Positions 10,979-25,065 of a DNA stretch of 36,895 nt are shown here, in pieces; positions within the stretch are counted from its first letter, which is position 1, and each line of letters opens with the position of its first letter. Origin of the DNA: Fonticula-like sp. SCN 57-25. Lineage: Eukaryota. A model generated the notes under the pieces. It saw only the letters and a program-made list of their open reading frames with translations, had not been told where the DNA came from and searched no databases. The translations under genes were made by a program, and so were the position numbers. The stretch covers positions 1 through 36,895 of the forward strand of contig MEDX01000037.1 in assembly GCA_001724245.1 (NCBI GenBank). The letters run 5' to 3'.

Positions 10979-11896
10979 ATGTCACGTGTCGAGTCCTGGC
11001 CTTCGGATGCGCCGCTCCGCCTGGTGCAGAACGGCCTTGAAGGCGTTCGCTCGGTGACAGGGCTGCCGTGGTGGGGCAGCATTGTCGCCTCGACCGTTGT
11101 ACTGCGTGCAGCAGCGACGCTCCCTGTGTCGGTCTTTGTGCATCGCAATGCCGCTCGGCTGCAGATCGATGCCGCGCCGCAACTTGAGGCGTGGAAAGAG
11201 CGGATCGCCGTTGAGCTCCGGCACAAGTACCGCCACGAAGGAAAGTCGTTTGAAGAGTTTGAAAAGGCGTTCCGGTCCGAGTACGCCGGTCGCGTGAAGC
11301 AAGTGATGAAGGAGAACGGGATCCGCGGGCCGATCTTTTCGCTGGCGGTTCCGCTCGTGCAGATCCCGATGTGGGTGGTCGTGTCGCTGACGATCCGCCG
11401 CATGAGCGCGGCGCCGCTTCTGTGGTTTGAGCCGCTCCCTGAGCCCGTTGCTGGCTTTGTGGACGGCGGCATCGGCAGCTGCAAGGACCTCACGGTGCCC
11501 GTGACATCATACGGGATCCCAGTCGCGATTGCAGCGGCCAACCTGTTCAACATCTACTGGGGATCGCTCTCGCGCAAGCCGTCGGCGAGGCCACTCTACC
11601 GCTACGTGACCAACGCAATGAAGGTGCTGTCGCTTGCGATGATCCCCGCGGCAGGATCGGTGCCATCGGCGCTGGCCGTCTACTGGCTCACATCCAGCGG
11701 GTTCAGCGTCTTGCAGAACCTCGCGCTCTACCACCCGCGCGTGAGGCGCGTCTTCCGTATGAGGACCCTGCCGGGAGAGCGCGGGACGCCCGTGGCAGAG
11801 GCGATCAGGCTGTGGAGAGAGGGCTCGCTCGCTAGCACAACGTGGAAGGCTATCAGAGAATGGAAGAGGCCAATGTGGTGGAGGCCGCTGCGCTAA
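10979..11896 (+). CDS. COX18: Oxa1/YidC-family mitochondrial insertase, Cox18 type, ~305 aa, intronless
   Basis: TGLPWWGSIVASTVVLRAAATLP, LVQIPMWVVVSLTIRRM, SALAVYWLTSSGFSVLQNL; short C-tail typical of Cox18. Start codon uncertain. Confidence 0.85.
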   Translation: MSRVESWPSDAPLRLVQNGLEGVRSVTGLPWWGSIVASTVVLRAAATLPVSVFVHRNAARLQIDAAPQLEAWKERIAVELRHKYRHEGKSFEEFEKAFRSEYAGRVKQVMKENGIRGPIFSLAVPLVQIPMWVVVSLTIRRMSAAPLLWFEPLPEPVAGFVDGGIGSCKDLTVPVTSYGIPVAIAAANLFNIYWGSLSRKPSARPLYRYVTNAMKVLSLAMIPAAGSVPSALAVYWLTSSGFSVLQNLALYHPRVRRVFRMRTLPGERGTPVAEAIRLWREGSLASTTWKAIREWKRPMWWRPLR

Positions 11897-12291
11897 CGCC
11901 CTGTAATATGTGTGTATTATTTGTGTACATTCAATATAGAACGTGAAATGAATGTAAAAGGAGGAACGATTTGCTTGTGGAGCTATGAAGGGAAACATAG
12001 CAAGGGATGTGCACGAAGGATAGGAAAGATTTGCCTTGATACTGCTCGAGCACTATGGGCTATCAAAACAATGCCGGAACCTTTGCCACTAAATTATCAC
12101 AGTACTATATACAATAATAAAAATCAACGCTATTGGCACTATTATGCATTCTCATTAAAAGTCAATGAAGCAGGCTGTGGTATGATACCAATATATGAGC
12201 TGGCATGCTGCTGGAATGCTGCAAATCCAAGTCGGCCCTGAATCGTGACACACCATTCTGCCCCGCGGGAAACCGGGATCAGGGCACGCGG

Positions 12292-14108
12292 ATGGCAGGA
12301 ACGTACGCGCACTTGGAAGAGTATGATGAGGTGCCGCTCGTAGCTGCGTCCGAGATTGAGCTTGTGCCGCTTGGCTCGGACGGCGCGGATCTCGCTGGCG
12401 AGCAGAGTGACTCGCTGGACAGGGAGGAACAGTCAGAGCCCGACTTTGTCGACGCGCCGGCTCCTCGATGCGGCCCGTTCCCCACGTCGGTGTACTTGAT
12501 TGTAGGAAATGAGTTTTGCGAACGCTTCTGCTTCTACGGCATGAAGTCTGCGCTGTCGCTGTACCTGACGAGCTACCTCTTGATGAATGAGGACTCTGCC
12601 ACGGCCGTCGTGCACACGTTCAACTTTTTCGCCTACCTCTTCCCACTGGCGGGCGGCATCATGTCCGACACGTACTTTGGCAAGTTCAACACGATCCTCT
12701 ATCTCTCTATGGTATACTTTGTTGGCATGCTGCTCTTGTCGGTGACTGCGATCCCGGGCGTGACAGGCGATCCGCCTGGCGCGTGGGGCGTCGCTTTGTC
12801 GCTGTTCCTCATCGCTGTCGGCACGGGAGGAATCAAGGTACGGCGACTTGTTGTATTATATTTTGTTGTTCTAATTGTGTGCAATGCAGCCGTGCGTGTC
12901 TGCGTTTGGCGGCGACCAGTTTTCGTCTCGCCAGACGTCTCAACTTGAGCTCTACTTTTCCGCGTTTTACTTTTCCATCAACATGGGCAGCTTTCTCGCA
13001 ACGATGCTGACGCCGTTCCTCCGCGGCGACGTGTCCTGTTTTGGCTCTGATCAGTGCTACCCGCTTGCCTTTGGCGTACCTGCTCTCCTTATGCTCGCTG
13101 CGATCGCGCTCTTCTTTGGTGGCCGGTCGCTGTACCGCCGCCTGCCCGCCTCTGGCGAGAACATTATTGTGCAGGTGTGGCGGATCATTGCCTCGAGCTA
13201 CCGCCGCCGGCGCGAGCCGCTCCCCGCGGGCGGCCACTGGCTTGACCGCGCGGTGCCGGAGCATGGCGCGCGCGCGGTGAGCGACGTGCGCCGGCTGCTG
13301 CGCGTGCTGACGGTGCTCACTCCCGTGCCGCTCTTCTGGACGCTCTTTGATCAGCAGAGCTCGCGCTGGACGTACCAGGCCGTCGCCATGGACCGGTACG
13401 TCTACACGGGCACCGACGAGAGCGGCGAGCCGACCTTTTTTATTATCAAGCCCGACGTCATCCAGGTCATGAACGCCGTCCTCATCCTCGTCCTCATCCC
13501 GGTCATGTCAAAGGGCGTCTACCCGCTCCTCAGGCGCCTCGGCTTTGCGCTCCGGCCGGTACGCGCGCCCTTTCTTAACGTATGTTTCTCATAAAGGGCA
13601 TTAGCTGCAGAGGATGGGCGCGGGACTCGCGCTTGCGGCGCTGACGTTCCTCGTCGCCGCCATCATCCAGCTCAGCATCGACAAGTCGGTCATGGGCCCC
13701 GACCCGAACGACCCAGTATGCGCGGGCGACGATTCGTGCTGCGTCGAAAACTGCGTCAGCGTGTTTTGGCAGATCCCGCAGTACGTCATCATCACGGCGG
13801 GCGAGGTACTCTTCTCCGTCACGGGCCTCGAGTTTGGTACGGATCGGCGCGGTCATTCATTTGTGCTGACGCTTCCGCTGGTATTAATAGCGTATTCGCA
13901 GGCGCCGCAGTCCATGAAGGGCGTCTGCAGCGCTGCGTGGCTGTTCACTGTTGCCATTGGAAATTTGCTTGTCATCCTCGTGTCGGCCTTAAAGCTGTTT
14001 GGCGACCAGGCGACAGAGTTCTTTGTCTACGCGGGCCTCATGGTCCTCGTCGTTGGCATTTTTGCACTCCTGGCGTCCAAATATGTCTACGTATCGACGG
14101 GAAAGTAG
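12292..14108 (+). CDS. Proton-dependent oligopeptide transporter (POT/PTR2/SLC15 family), ~554 aa
   Basis: Exons 12292-12837, 12890-13558, 13605-13836, 13891-14108. Motifs EFCERFCFYG, GTGGIK|PCVSAFGGDQF, FYFSINMGS, LFWTLFDQQSSRWT, EF|AYSQAPQSMK. Confidence 0.95.
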
Positions 14109-14261
14109 GGGAGTAAGCAGCAGGAAGGGTATACTATTATTTTGTACATTATAGATACTGTACAGTGTTCATATATAAAGGGTGAAGCAACAATAAAACT
14201 GCTCTGTATGTTATATGCGGCACCTTGCGGCACTTTGGTGCGGCTCACCCGCGTCAGTAAA

Positions 14262-14909
14262 TCACCAAAACTTGTACCATGGCTTGGCTTCGGGCGATGG
14301 AGCGGCGACTTCCCATGATGCCTCCTTTTCTGCCTGGTCCTTCTGCTGCTGCGCAGCCGCCGCGGCCTGCATGAAGCTAGGTAGCGTTACTTTCCCGCCG
14401 AGATCACGCTGTAAACTAGCGAGCATCGCCTGCATGCCCACCACCTGCCCCTGCAGCTCCTCAACATGCGCCTCTAGGATACCCATTTTCGCGTCCTGTG
14501 CAGCAGCAAACTCTTTGTTTCGGTCCTCTTTGGCCTTGTTCCTACAAGCAAGCGCAACGGCCGCGCGAGTGAGTAATACCGTTTATGAGCAAACCGAAAT
14601 GCACCTGGACCAGTCGATGTAGACAACGGTGCCGGCTGCAAAAATGATTAGAGACTCGCCAATGAGGTCAACTACAAGCTCAAGCGCCTGGTTAGGGTCC
14701 ATGCTGCGGGCACTGGCTGAGCCGGGCTGGAGGCCGAGGATGCGCCGGCGGGTGCGCGTCTCCAGGTTCTGGTACGCATTGGCCATGGTAGTTAGTGTGT
14801 TTGCAAATGTCTTGTTTTTCTTGAGACGATCTTGCAACACGCGAACAACGGGACGAGCCACCTGGCGGACGAGCAGCCCGGCAAGCTTGATCATCGGTAG
14901 GTGAGCCAT
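14262..14909 (-). CDS. OPA3: OPA3-like mitochondrial protein, ~194 aa
   Basis: Exons 14605-14909 and 14262-14541. LPMIKLAGLLVRQVARPV...ALELVVDLIGESLIIFAAGTVVYIDWSR followed by a coiled coil. Confidence 0.85.
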
Positions 14910-15097
14910 GGTGACGCACGCTCGTGCACCTTGGCCCTCCCACCTGAAAGCGTGACGAATTAACGACCAATCAGCAAATTTTTTGCTGATTTTATTCGCT
15001 CGCCATTGGCTGCCATTCATGGCCGACTGTCAAGTGTATAAACAAGATGAACAAAAAAGGTTTATTGCGAAATAGGTCAAAACTCGTTAAAATTGCA

Positions 15098-17205
15098 TCA
15101 TTCCTCAATGTTAATATGAATATCCATCTCTCCTTGTGTAGCGAGTAATGTGATTGCCGCCAGCTCCTTATTAAACTCTCTCATGGCGATGTATGCAAAG
15201 AGCAGTCTATCGTCCTCGTCGTCGTCCCTCTCCTCCGCCATCTCGACTGCGCGCTCCGCACCGCCGTCCGTGAGCTCGACGATGCGACGCTCGGCGTGCT
15301 GAATCTGCTCGACGAGCGCCACAAGCATTGTGCTTGCGCGCGCGACGGCGCCGAACACTGTTGTCTTGCTTAGGAACAATGACGGCGAAAACATCTGCGC
15401 GCGAGCAGCCGGGCTCCACGGATACAGCAGCGCCTGCGCGATGCATCCGGAGAGGATGAGCGTGTACCGCAGCGACCTGTCGGGGATGCGCAGGATGAGG
15501 CCCGGCAGGTACGCCCAGAGCGGCCCGTCGGCGGCCGCCAGCTGGCCAGCATCGGTAGACTCGCGCCACCTGCGCGCCGCGTCCACCTGCCGCAGCGCAA
15601 CGTCCTCATAAAACACATTGTCTACCTCGTCCCACACGGCCGATTCGCTGTCCACCATGAGCGACACGATGCGCGCGGCGACCTCGCGGCCGTCCTTGGC
15701 GAGCGCGTAGCCGTCCACGCCGAGGCCGCCGTCGAGGTCGCCCAGGAGGTCCGTCGACGACGAGCACAGGAGGGCGGCCGCGGCCTCGTCCGAGAACGTG
15801 CCGAGGACGTCAAGGATCAGCGTGAGCGTCGCGGTGACCATGTCGGCGTCGTCCGAGTTGACGCGCGGGAGCAGCTCGGTGATGAGCGCCGGGCCGCCGG
15901 GTGTCTGCGCGCCGCTGCCCAACAAAAAGGAGGCCAGAAGAGGGCCCAGCGAGCCGGAACGCGCTTTTTGTAAAAGGCGGACAGTGTACTGCGTCGCCGC
16001 AAGCGCGATGCCAGGCGAGCTCTGCCGAAGCCGGTCACGCAATACAAGGTCAAGGAAAGAGGCGCGGAAATGGTGCAGCAGTGCGGCCGACAGCGCAGTC
16101 TCGCCTTCCGCTGTGCCTAACCAACAAAGTGCTTAGCAAAAGTGAATTAACACCGAGCAAGCAAGCGTACCACGCGCTTTCGCAACACACGTGTCGTAAA
16201 AGCCCACAAATATCAAAAACCGCCGCATCGGCCCCTCCACCGCCTCCTTTGCAGACTCGAACGTCTACGTCGCGGTCAGTACAATGTTGCAAAGGAAGGC
16301 GCTGCGCACGTCTATCGACTGCGGGAGCCTGCACAGCAGCTCAATAAGGTACTCTGCAAGCATTTTCGGAAAGTTGAGGTCGTTTACAAAGTACGAGCCG
16401 AACGGGTCGACAAGCGGGATGATTTCGATGCAATTGTTGACCACCTTGATTGCGAGCTTGGCGCGCGTTCCGGGCATGCGGATGCACTCAACGGCGACGC
16501 TCAGGGCCGAGTGCAGCACCGAGTTGACGAGGTCACCTCGCGGATCGAGCACGACAAATGAACCGGGGAACTGCTTGATCTTTTCGAGCACGGCGTTCAG
16601 CAGCTGGAGGAACACGACCGCCTCAGCAACGCTGTCGCTACGCTCGTCCTCGTCGCTCAGCGCCGCGCGCGCGTGCTTTGCCGAAACCGAGAGCAGGTTG
16701 GAGAGCGGCTCGTGCACGCTCGCCTCCGGCAGCATGGCAATATCTGTCGACTTTAGAAGCTGTGTCGTCGCCTCGAGCACCACGCGCATCATCGTCCGAG
16801 TGTCCGACTGCGCGCGCCGAACAAGGTGCATCAGCATTCGCTTCTCAAAGAACAGGTCGAGGCAGACGCCGACGCCGTCGTCAGAGTCGGGTAAGGGAGT
16901 GTCATCGCCGATGTGCTTGAGGATCTCGTGGAGATGCGCGGAAACGCTGTCGCACTGCGACTCGGAAGTGGCGTCCGGGTTATAAGCAAAGATCTGCTCA
17001 ACTGCAACGGGGATCGTCAGCAAACCGCCGACGTGACACAGCAAGACAAAAAGTGCGTACTGTGCGACCAGTGGTACAGTACGCTCTCTCGTGGGCTGTG
17101 ATCGCGAACCTGGAGCGTCGTCTGAGCTGTCTGCGCGACATTCTGCGCTAGACTGAGCGCATTGCTCGTCGTGTTCTGCAGAAAGGAACTAAAAGACTGA
17201 AACAT
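15098..17205 (-). CDS. FHIP/FAM160 (RAI16-like) FTS-Hook-interacting protein, ~649 aa
   Basis: Exons 17061-17205, 16310-17001, 16171-16264, 15098-16116 in frame. Motifs SVLYHWSH, GVCLDLFFEKRML, MLPEASVHEPLSNLL, C-terminal MREFNKELAAI. Confidence 0.8.
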
Positions 17206-17682
17206 CCTACGACTGGAAGGCGGCGATAGCGGCGGAGCAGGCACGGAAAGAGGGTCACAAGGCGGGATAGAAGGCACGGCCGAGGCGGACATCATGGTTA
17301 GCAAAGCGCGGGCAAGCAGCGGCAGAGAGGCGAGTGAATCACGTACGCTCTTATGGAGCGACGAAGCGACGCTCACACACGCCACTCGACGCCAGGGGGG
17401 CAACACGCGCGCACTGGGTACAATAGCTAACCGCCCGCGCAACCAGTACGATAATATGGGAAAAGGGGCCGGCAACGAGTGACGCGATCCTTCACGCCGC
17501 CGCCACCGTGACGCACTCTAGTTTGATAGGATGACCGCACACTGATTCTCATGATTTTATATCTGATTCCCTCTGATCGTGAGAAAAGTGGCATCAAAAA
17601 GCCATTTCAGTCTGGCATTGAAGAAATGTAAAGAGAGTAAAAAAACATGCATTCGAGTGGGAATATCAGTTAGAATACAAAA

Positions 17683-19494
17683 TCAAGAATAGTAGACGGG
17701 AAGCGATGGCGGCGTGCCCACCCTCAGAGAAAAGGCGTAGCACTCGCGCTCTTCTATGGTCACGTTCTCGAACATTGTATCAGGCAGCGAGTCCAACAGG
17801 AGCAAGTTCCCACGGGCAATGAGGACACTGACAAGGTACCCCCCCAGGCGCGATGTAGGCTTTGGAAAGAGTAGCGCGCGACTGCGCTCGCCAAACGTGC
17901 CCAGCCGCTTACACCTCTCGGGCACCCGCACGCTTCGCATAAACATGCCGATGACTCCCTGAACCGTCGCTGCAAGTTCGTTGTCGCACATGTCTTGCAC
18001 AATGTCGTAGACAAGCTGCGCATGACGGCTGACGTCCAGTCGCAGCGGCTCGTCTTCCTGCTTCTGGCAGTGGTCGCAAAGAGCCCTGCCGGCGCACAGA
18101 CGCTGCAGTCGAGGAGCGGCGCACACGTCACTCACACCGGCGGACAGTATCCAGCGGCGGCAGGCCTGCAGCGACGCGTAGAGCCAAACCTCTTCGATGC
18201 GCTGGTGTCGCGGGGCTGTAAAGTCAAGCATCTTTGTCCGCAAGACAGGCATGCTCGGCGGCACGCCACCCGCCTCCCTGACCACCTGCTCGCGAGCCAA
18301 CCTCAACAACATGGGCGCCCACGTCACATGATCCGAGCGCGTGGCGAGGAGGTAGGAGACAGCGGGGCGGCCGTCCCGGCCAGCGCGGCCGCTCTCCTGC
18401 TGCAGGGCGCTCAAGGACGACGGCATCTCGAGATGAATAACAAAGCGGCATAAAGGGCTATCAACGCCAATGCCATAGAAAGAGGACACCACCAGCAATT
18501 TGACGTCGCCGCTCGCCCACTGCCGAGCGCTCTCCTTGTTTTGTTCGTAGCCCATACACTCGTGGCACTGTGCGACAGGCAGGTCCTCGCCGAAACGCTC
18601 GCGGATCTCTTCGAAGACAAAATCGCAGGCCCCAGCGGAAGCGACAAACACAATGCCCGACTCGGTCGGATGCTTTGCTAAAAGCTCAAAGAGCGGCTCG
18701 CATGCGTAGCGGATGCCCCGACCGTCGCGGTCTGACCTGGCGCAAAAAGAGATATTTTTGTCGCGGTCGACGTCCCCAAAGATGATGCGCGGCGCAGGGC
18801 ATCGCAGCACTCTTGCAATCTCGGATGCAGCCGCGGGAGAAGCGGTACTCGTCAGGGCAAGAACACTGCTTTCAGGAAACGTTTCTTTGAACAAGCCCAA
18901 GGTGTTGTAGGCGGTGTGAAACTTGGTCACGTCGAGGATGCACTGCGCCTCGTCGACGACGAACCGCAGCGGCCGGCCAAGTGACCGCAAAAATGGGACA
19001 AAATCGGGCCTCCTAGGTCTGTCGGGAGTGACTATCAGAATCTTTGCCAGCTTGGGATACGTGACTAGGGTGTGGACGGCAAGCCTGGAGTTGTGGGAAT
19101 GGTCAGAAACAGATCCAAACAACCCCCGCCTCGCGTACCGCATCCTGTCGGCGATAAGATGGGGGTGCATGTACACCGTTCCGACCGACCTGGAAATAAG
19201 ACTTTCGTACATGTCATCCACCATATGCATATATGGGAGGACGACAACGGTGAGCTCGGGTCCCAGAAGGGCCGGGACAGCAAAAAGTTGCGTCCTTTCA
19301 TCCCCAGTCTTGCACACGGCTACAACGTCCTCTTTACGGATGGCTGAATGAAGAATAACGTCAGCTTGAATGCCATGAAAACTGGAAACCTTGAACACCA
19401 GCCCCTTTGCGTAGCGGTGTCTCTCCAAACGGTTAGTTTCCCTTGGCGTGACATCGCCATGCTGGGTGGAAGCGGCATCATCGATGGCACTCAT
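17683..19494 (-). CDS. RecQ-family helicase-like protein with degenerate Walker A, ~603 aa, intronless
   Basis: Motif II VVDEAQC, motif III ALTSTA, ESGIVF, motif V YGIGVD, motif VI QESGRAGRDG, RQC Zn site CRR...C...CDHC. Motif I reads CKTGDERT instead of PTGGGKS. Confidence 0.85.
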   Translation of the reverse strand: MSAIDDAASTQHGDVTPRETNRLERHRYAKGLVFKVSSFHGIQADVILHSAIRKEDVVAVCKTGDERTQLFAVPALLGPELTVVVLPYMHMVDDMYESLISRSVGTVYMHPHLIADRMRYARRGLFGSVSDHSHNSRLAVHTLVTYPKLAKILIVTPDRPRRPDFVPFLRSLGRPLRFVVDEAQCILDVTKFHTAYNTLGLFKETFPESSVLALTSTASPAAASEIARVLRCPAPRIIFGDVDRDKNISFCARSDRDGRGIRYACEPLFELLAKHPTESGIVFVASAGACDFVFEEIRERFGEDLPVAQCHECMGYEQNKESARQWASGDVKLLVVSSFYGIGVDSPLCRFVIHLEMPSSLSALQQESGRAGRDGRPAVSYLLATRSDHVTWAPMLLRLAREQVVREAGGVPPSMPVLRTKMLDFTAPRHQRIEEVWLYASLQACRRWILSAGVSDVCAAPRLQRLCAGRALCDHCQKQEDEPLRLDVSRHAQLVYDIVQDMCDNELAATVQGVIGMFMRSVRVPERCKRLGTFGERSRALLFPKPTSRLGGYLVSVLIARGNLLLLDSLPDTMFENVTIEERECYAFSLRVGTPPSLPVYYS

Positions 19495-19778
19495 CACGCA
19501 TCAAATAGAATGAGGCAAAGGCGCAGTAGGCGGCCGGAAGAAAGAGGGAATGAAAAGGCGATTCATGGGCAGTAAATTTATAACTGCCAGAGAATTGCGT
19601 TTTGATAGTGCAAGGATTGCAAACGGGAGGGTGGTCGTTTGACGAAAACTTTTGTTTGTTCAGGGGCGGACTCTACCCCAGACGTTCGAAGTTTCAACCT
19701 TTGATGTCGGTTCTTTTTCTGAACTTGACAGCAGATCGCGCACCGCCGCCTCCGCCTCAAGAGGAATCAGCATCGACA

Positions 19779-20435
19779 ATGGCGGAAAACATCGAGATCA
19801 CGGTGGACCTTGGACCAGGAGACGATATGGCCATGGGCGAAGGTGCGAGGCGCTGGCTGCGTGTCCTAAAACTTGCGGACTGACTTTGTGCGCTGAAAGA
19901 TGTGATGGAGCGCCTTAAGAGTAATGCGACGCGCCGCCGTGGCCGCGGCCTCCAGCGTGGTGCGTCCTTCCTTTTCCGCTTCTCGTTTATTCACCTTTTC
20001 TGTGCTTGATATCAAAGATACGCGGGATGCCGACGCCATGGATGTTGGAGAGACGTTTGAAACGTTTGCTGGCGATGATGCCGGGAATGCCGTCCGCTGT
20101 ACGCCTCGCGCTCTCGCGCTGCTCCCCCCTTGCCCTGACCCTGCGCCCACGTAGCCGTTGAGGGATACATTATCTTTGTGACTGGCGTGCATGAGGAGGC
20201 GTCCGAGGACGACGTCCGCAACAAGTTTGCCGACTTTGGTGAGATCCGCGCTCTCCACCTGAACCTCGACCGGAGGACCGGCTTCGTCAAGGGCTACGCG
20301 ATGATCGAGTACGAGTCGCTGGCAGAGGCGGAGGCCGCGATCCGGGAGGCGGACGGTACCGACCTGCTCGGCCAGAAATTGAGCTGCGCATGGGCTTTCT
20401 CAAAGCCGACGCGCGGGGGACCCCGTCGTCGGTGA
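19779..20435 (+). CDS. RBM8A: Exon-junction complex RRM protein Y14, ~161 aa
   Basis: Exons 19779-19842, 19900-19959, 20018-20098, 20155-20435. Motifs [39 protein letters not shown]. Confidence 0.95.
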
Positions 20436-20755
20436 AAAATTGTGGGTTTTTGAGGTGATAGCATCTTTTGTGTTGATATAATAAAATCGTTTCGCACGCA
20501 TGGCTACCCAGTGCTCCCTGCACGCTGCGCAAGTATGGACACCAGAGATGAAAAGAAACGATACCGGGATGGGGCATTATGATATGTATTGAATGGAGCG
20601 CCAAGTTTCATGGCTTGGGCCGAACTTGGGGTTCAAAAACACTGAAATGGCTAAAACGGAAACTCCGCAAAAAGAAGGGAAAAAAGAGAGAAATATGACA
20701 GATAGAGAACTTGTCTGTTGTTTGTTGTTGTAGTTGCTAATTCGATGTTGAAAAC

Positions 20756-22930
<2,175 letters not shown>

Positions 22931-23762
22931 GATGGGCTTTAGCAGGAAGCGACCAAAGGGGACAAGAAAACCACGCGCAAGATGCTTTCAAGCTGTGGGG
23001 CTGCTTTTCCTGCTGCTAGAGATGCCGGAGGGGGGGCCGCTGTGAGCTGGAGGAAACGCAGAATTGGAGGGCCGCGTACCAAGGAAAGAAACTGAACCGG
23101 ACCAACTGCAAACTTCCACGCTTTTCTCAAAAACACAAATAGAAAGTCGTGGGCAGAGTCTTAGGCATTGAAGGTACGTATTCGACCCACCCCCGGTATG
23201 CTTTGGGGGGGTGACCAATTCGAACCACCCATCTCGCTGTAATTTGATCGAGCCACTTCGAGTTGCTTCTAGACATCATCGTTGTGTGTCGGGGAATAAC
23301 CCCGTGACGACCTTAATTGATGGTAAATTGTTCCGCAGCACCTAAAATGGACAATTCCAATCCAAATATGGGCGAGTCTTCCGAATCAGGAAACGACGAA
23401 ACGTTTTTTTTGTTGGTTACGTCATCCCGGCATACGCATACTTGTGACCTTCTCCTTGCAACGTCGCTATTACGCGTCTGCACCTGTGACCACCGCCTGA
23501 CTGCTTAAGAGGATCCGGTTTTTGGTTTCTGCATTCAACTGTCTTCTCGCCTCACCGTCTACCTCTGACTTTGTCTGCCTTTCTCAAGAAGAGGCAGTTT
23601 GTGTTCCAGTAGCTTTTCACCTCTCGCGGCCGGTCTTACCACCCCACCCCGCGTTTGTAATCACCCGACCCTCCTCAGGCCGGACAATTAATTGCAACCG
23701 GCCTCACCAGCTCTCCGCCTACTCTGACGACGTTCCGCACTTCTTCTTCGTCGCGCGCGAGC

Positions 23763-24380
23763 ATGTCTCCCAGCGTTAGTGAGCACGACTGGCACTACGC
23801 TGCCGCCAACATCAAGATGGAATCATCTGATATTTATGATTCGTCACCAGTCCGACCGACGCGCTCGGCCGTCACTTCGGCACCCACCCAGAGCCCCCCC
23901 TCGGCGGACTCGAGGTCCCGAGCCGAAATGGTGAAGGATGAGTGTATTGCTGCGGACAAGGAATTTCTCGAGTACCTTGACGAGAAGGGCCGCATCAGCG
24001 TCAAGCAGCTTCGCGAGACGCCCAAGCTGCGCCATCTATACAAGATCTATGACCGTGTTTCTGTTCAATTGTGCCGCGCCGAGAGGAGGCGCAATGCCTC
24101 TGCGCACACGCCTCCGCCGTCGCCAAAGTCGCGGCCAAGCGAGCAATTTGACGATGACTCGACATCGCCCATCTCTGACCCCGAGATGGACGAGCTCCCG
24201 ATCAAGATCTCCACCAGGCGCTTGTCGCCGTCCGCCGTCGCCGCAGCCGCTGTGGCGCCTACAAAACAAAAGGTGGGATTCGAGGCGGCTTACCGTTCGC
24301 CGGCCAAGTTGCGCGACCAGGATGTTGTCGAGGCGGCCAACGCGCTCTGGCTCATGCGCGGGCCACAGATGACCGCCTAA
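23763..24380 (+). CDS. Hypothetical protein, 205 aa (Ser/Pro-rich, central helical basic domain, C-terminal EAANAL motif)
   Basis: Intronless ATG-initiated ORF with coding-like GC-rich codon usage, flanked by pyrimidine-rich 5' and AT-richer 3' non-coding DNA. Confidence 0.7.
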   Translation: MSPSVSEHDWHYAAANIKMESSDIYDSSPVRPTRSAVTSAPTQSPPSADSRSRAEMVKDECIAADKEFLEYLDEKGRISVKQLRETPKLRHLYKIYDRVSVQLCRAERRRNASAHTPPPSPKSRPSEQFDDDSTSPISDPEMDELPIKISTRRLSPSAVAAAAVAPTKQKVGFEAAYRSPAKLRDQDVVEAANALWLMRGPQMTA

Positions 24381-25065
24381 GTGCTCTAGCGCGTCCCTCG
24401 ATGGAATCGACGCTGCTTTCATCACTTTTCGTTTGGCATTCCTCATTTCTGTCATTTCGTGCATTTATCCTGTGATTATTCGTTCTTGTTGATATCGGTG
24501 GGTTCGGAGGTCGTTCCCTTGTGTCCCATCATTCAGGGAAGCCTGCTCTGCCACATTTGTGCCATTGTCTTGTGTATTCGCCACTTTCGTATTCCGACTG
24601 TATATTCATTTGTGTCTGTGTAGTTAAGTCGCGATAGCTCTGTCGTCTGTTTTGCCTTTACGAATGTTTGCCCGGTACCAATTTTATTCGCTGCGTTATC
24701 GCAGCGCTTGGTGGCCGAGCTCTTTGTACTAGGATTCAGCAGCATTTATTATATTGTCCTGAAATATCTTATCCATTCTAATATACTGCTGGATACTTGA
24801 CCTTTGAGAAACAAAGAGATGTCCACGCCAATACATGCTTGGTCTATTACTGTAGCTCACCTCTATGGGGCGTACTGCAGTTCAGTCTTCCTGACTGCAA
24901 AGCGACCCCGCTGCTGCCCAAGCAACGCTGCTAAGTGAGTCTAGTGACTTTCAGCTGACTTCTAACAACTGCTAGCAGCAGATAGCAGCGGATAGCAGGG
25001 CCAAAACAGGGCCAAAACGCTGACACCGCAGATCACGTGTCCGTCACGTCGTTGAACGCGGGGCG

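Noticed and set aside
24973-25018. Short direct repeats (GATAGCAG x2, CAGGGCCAAAA x2) upstream of ALDH
   Set aside because: Only two copies each; likely slippage, with no array structure.
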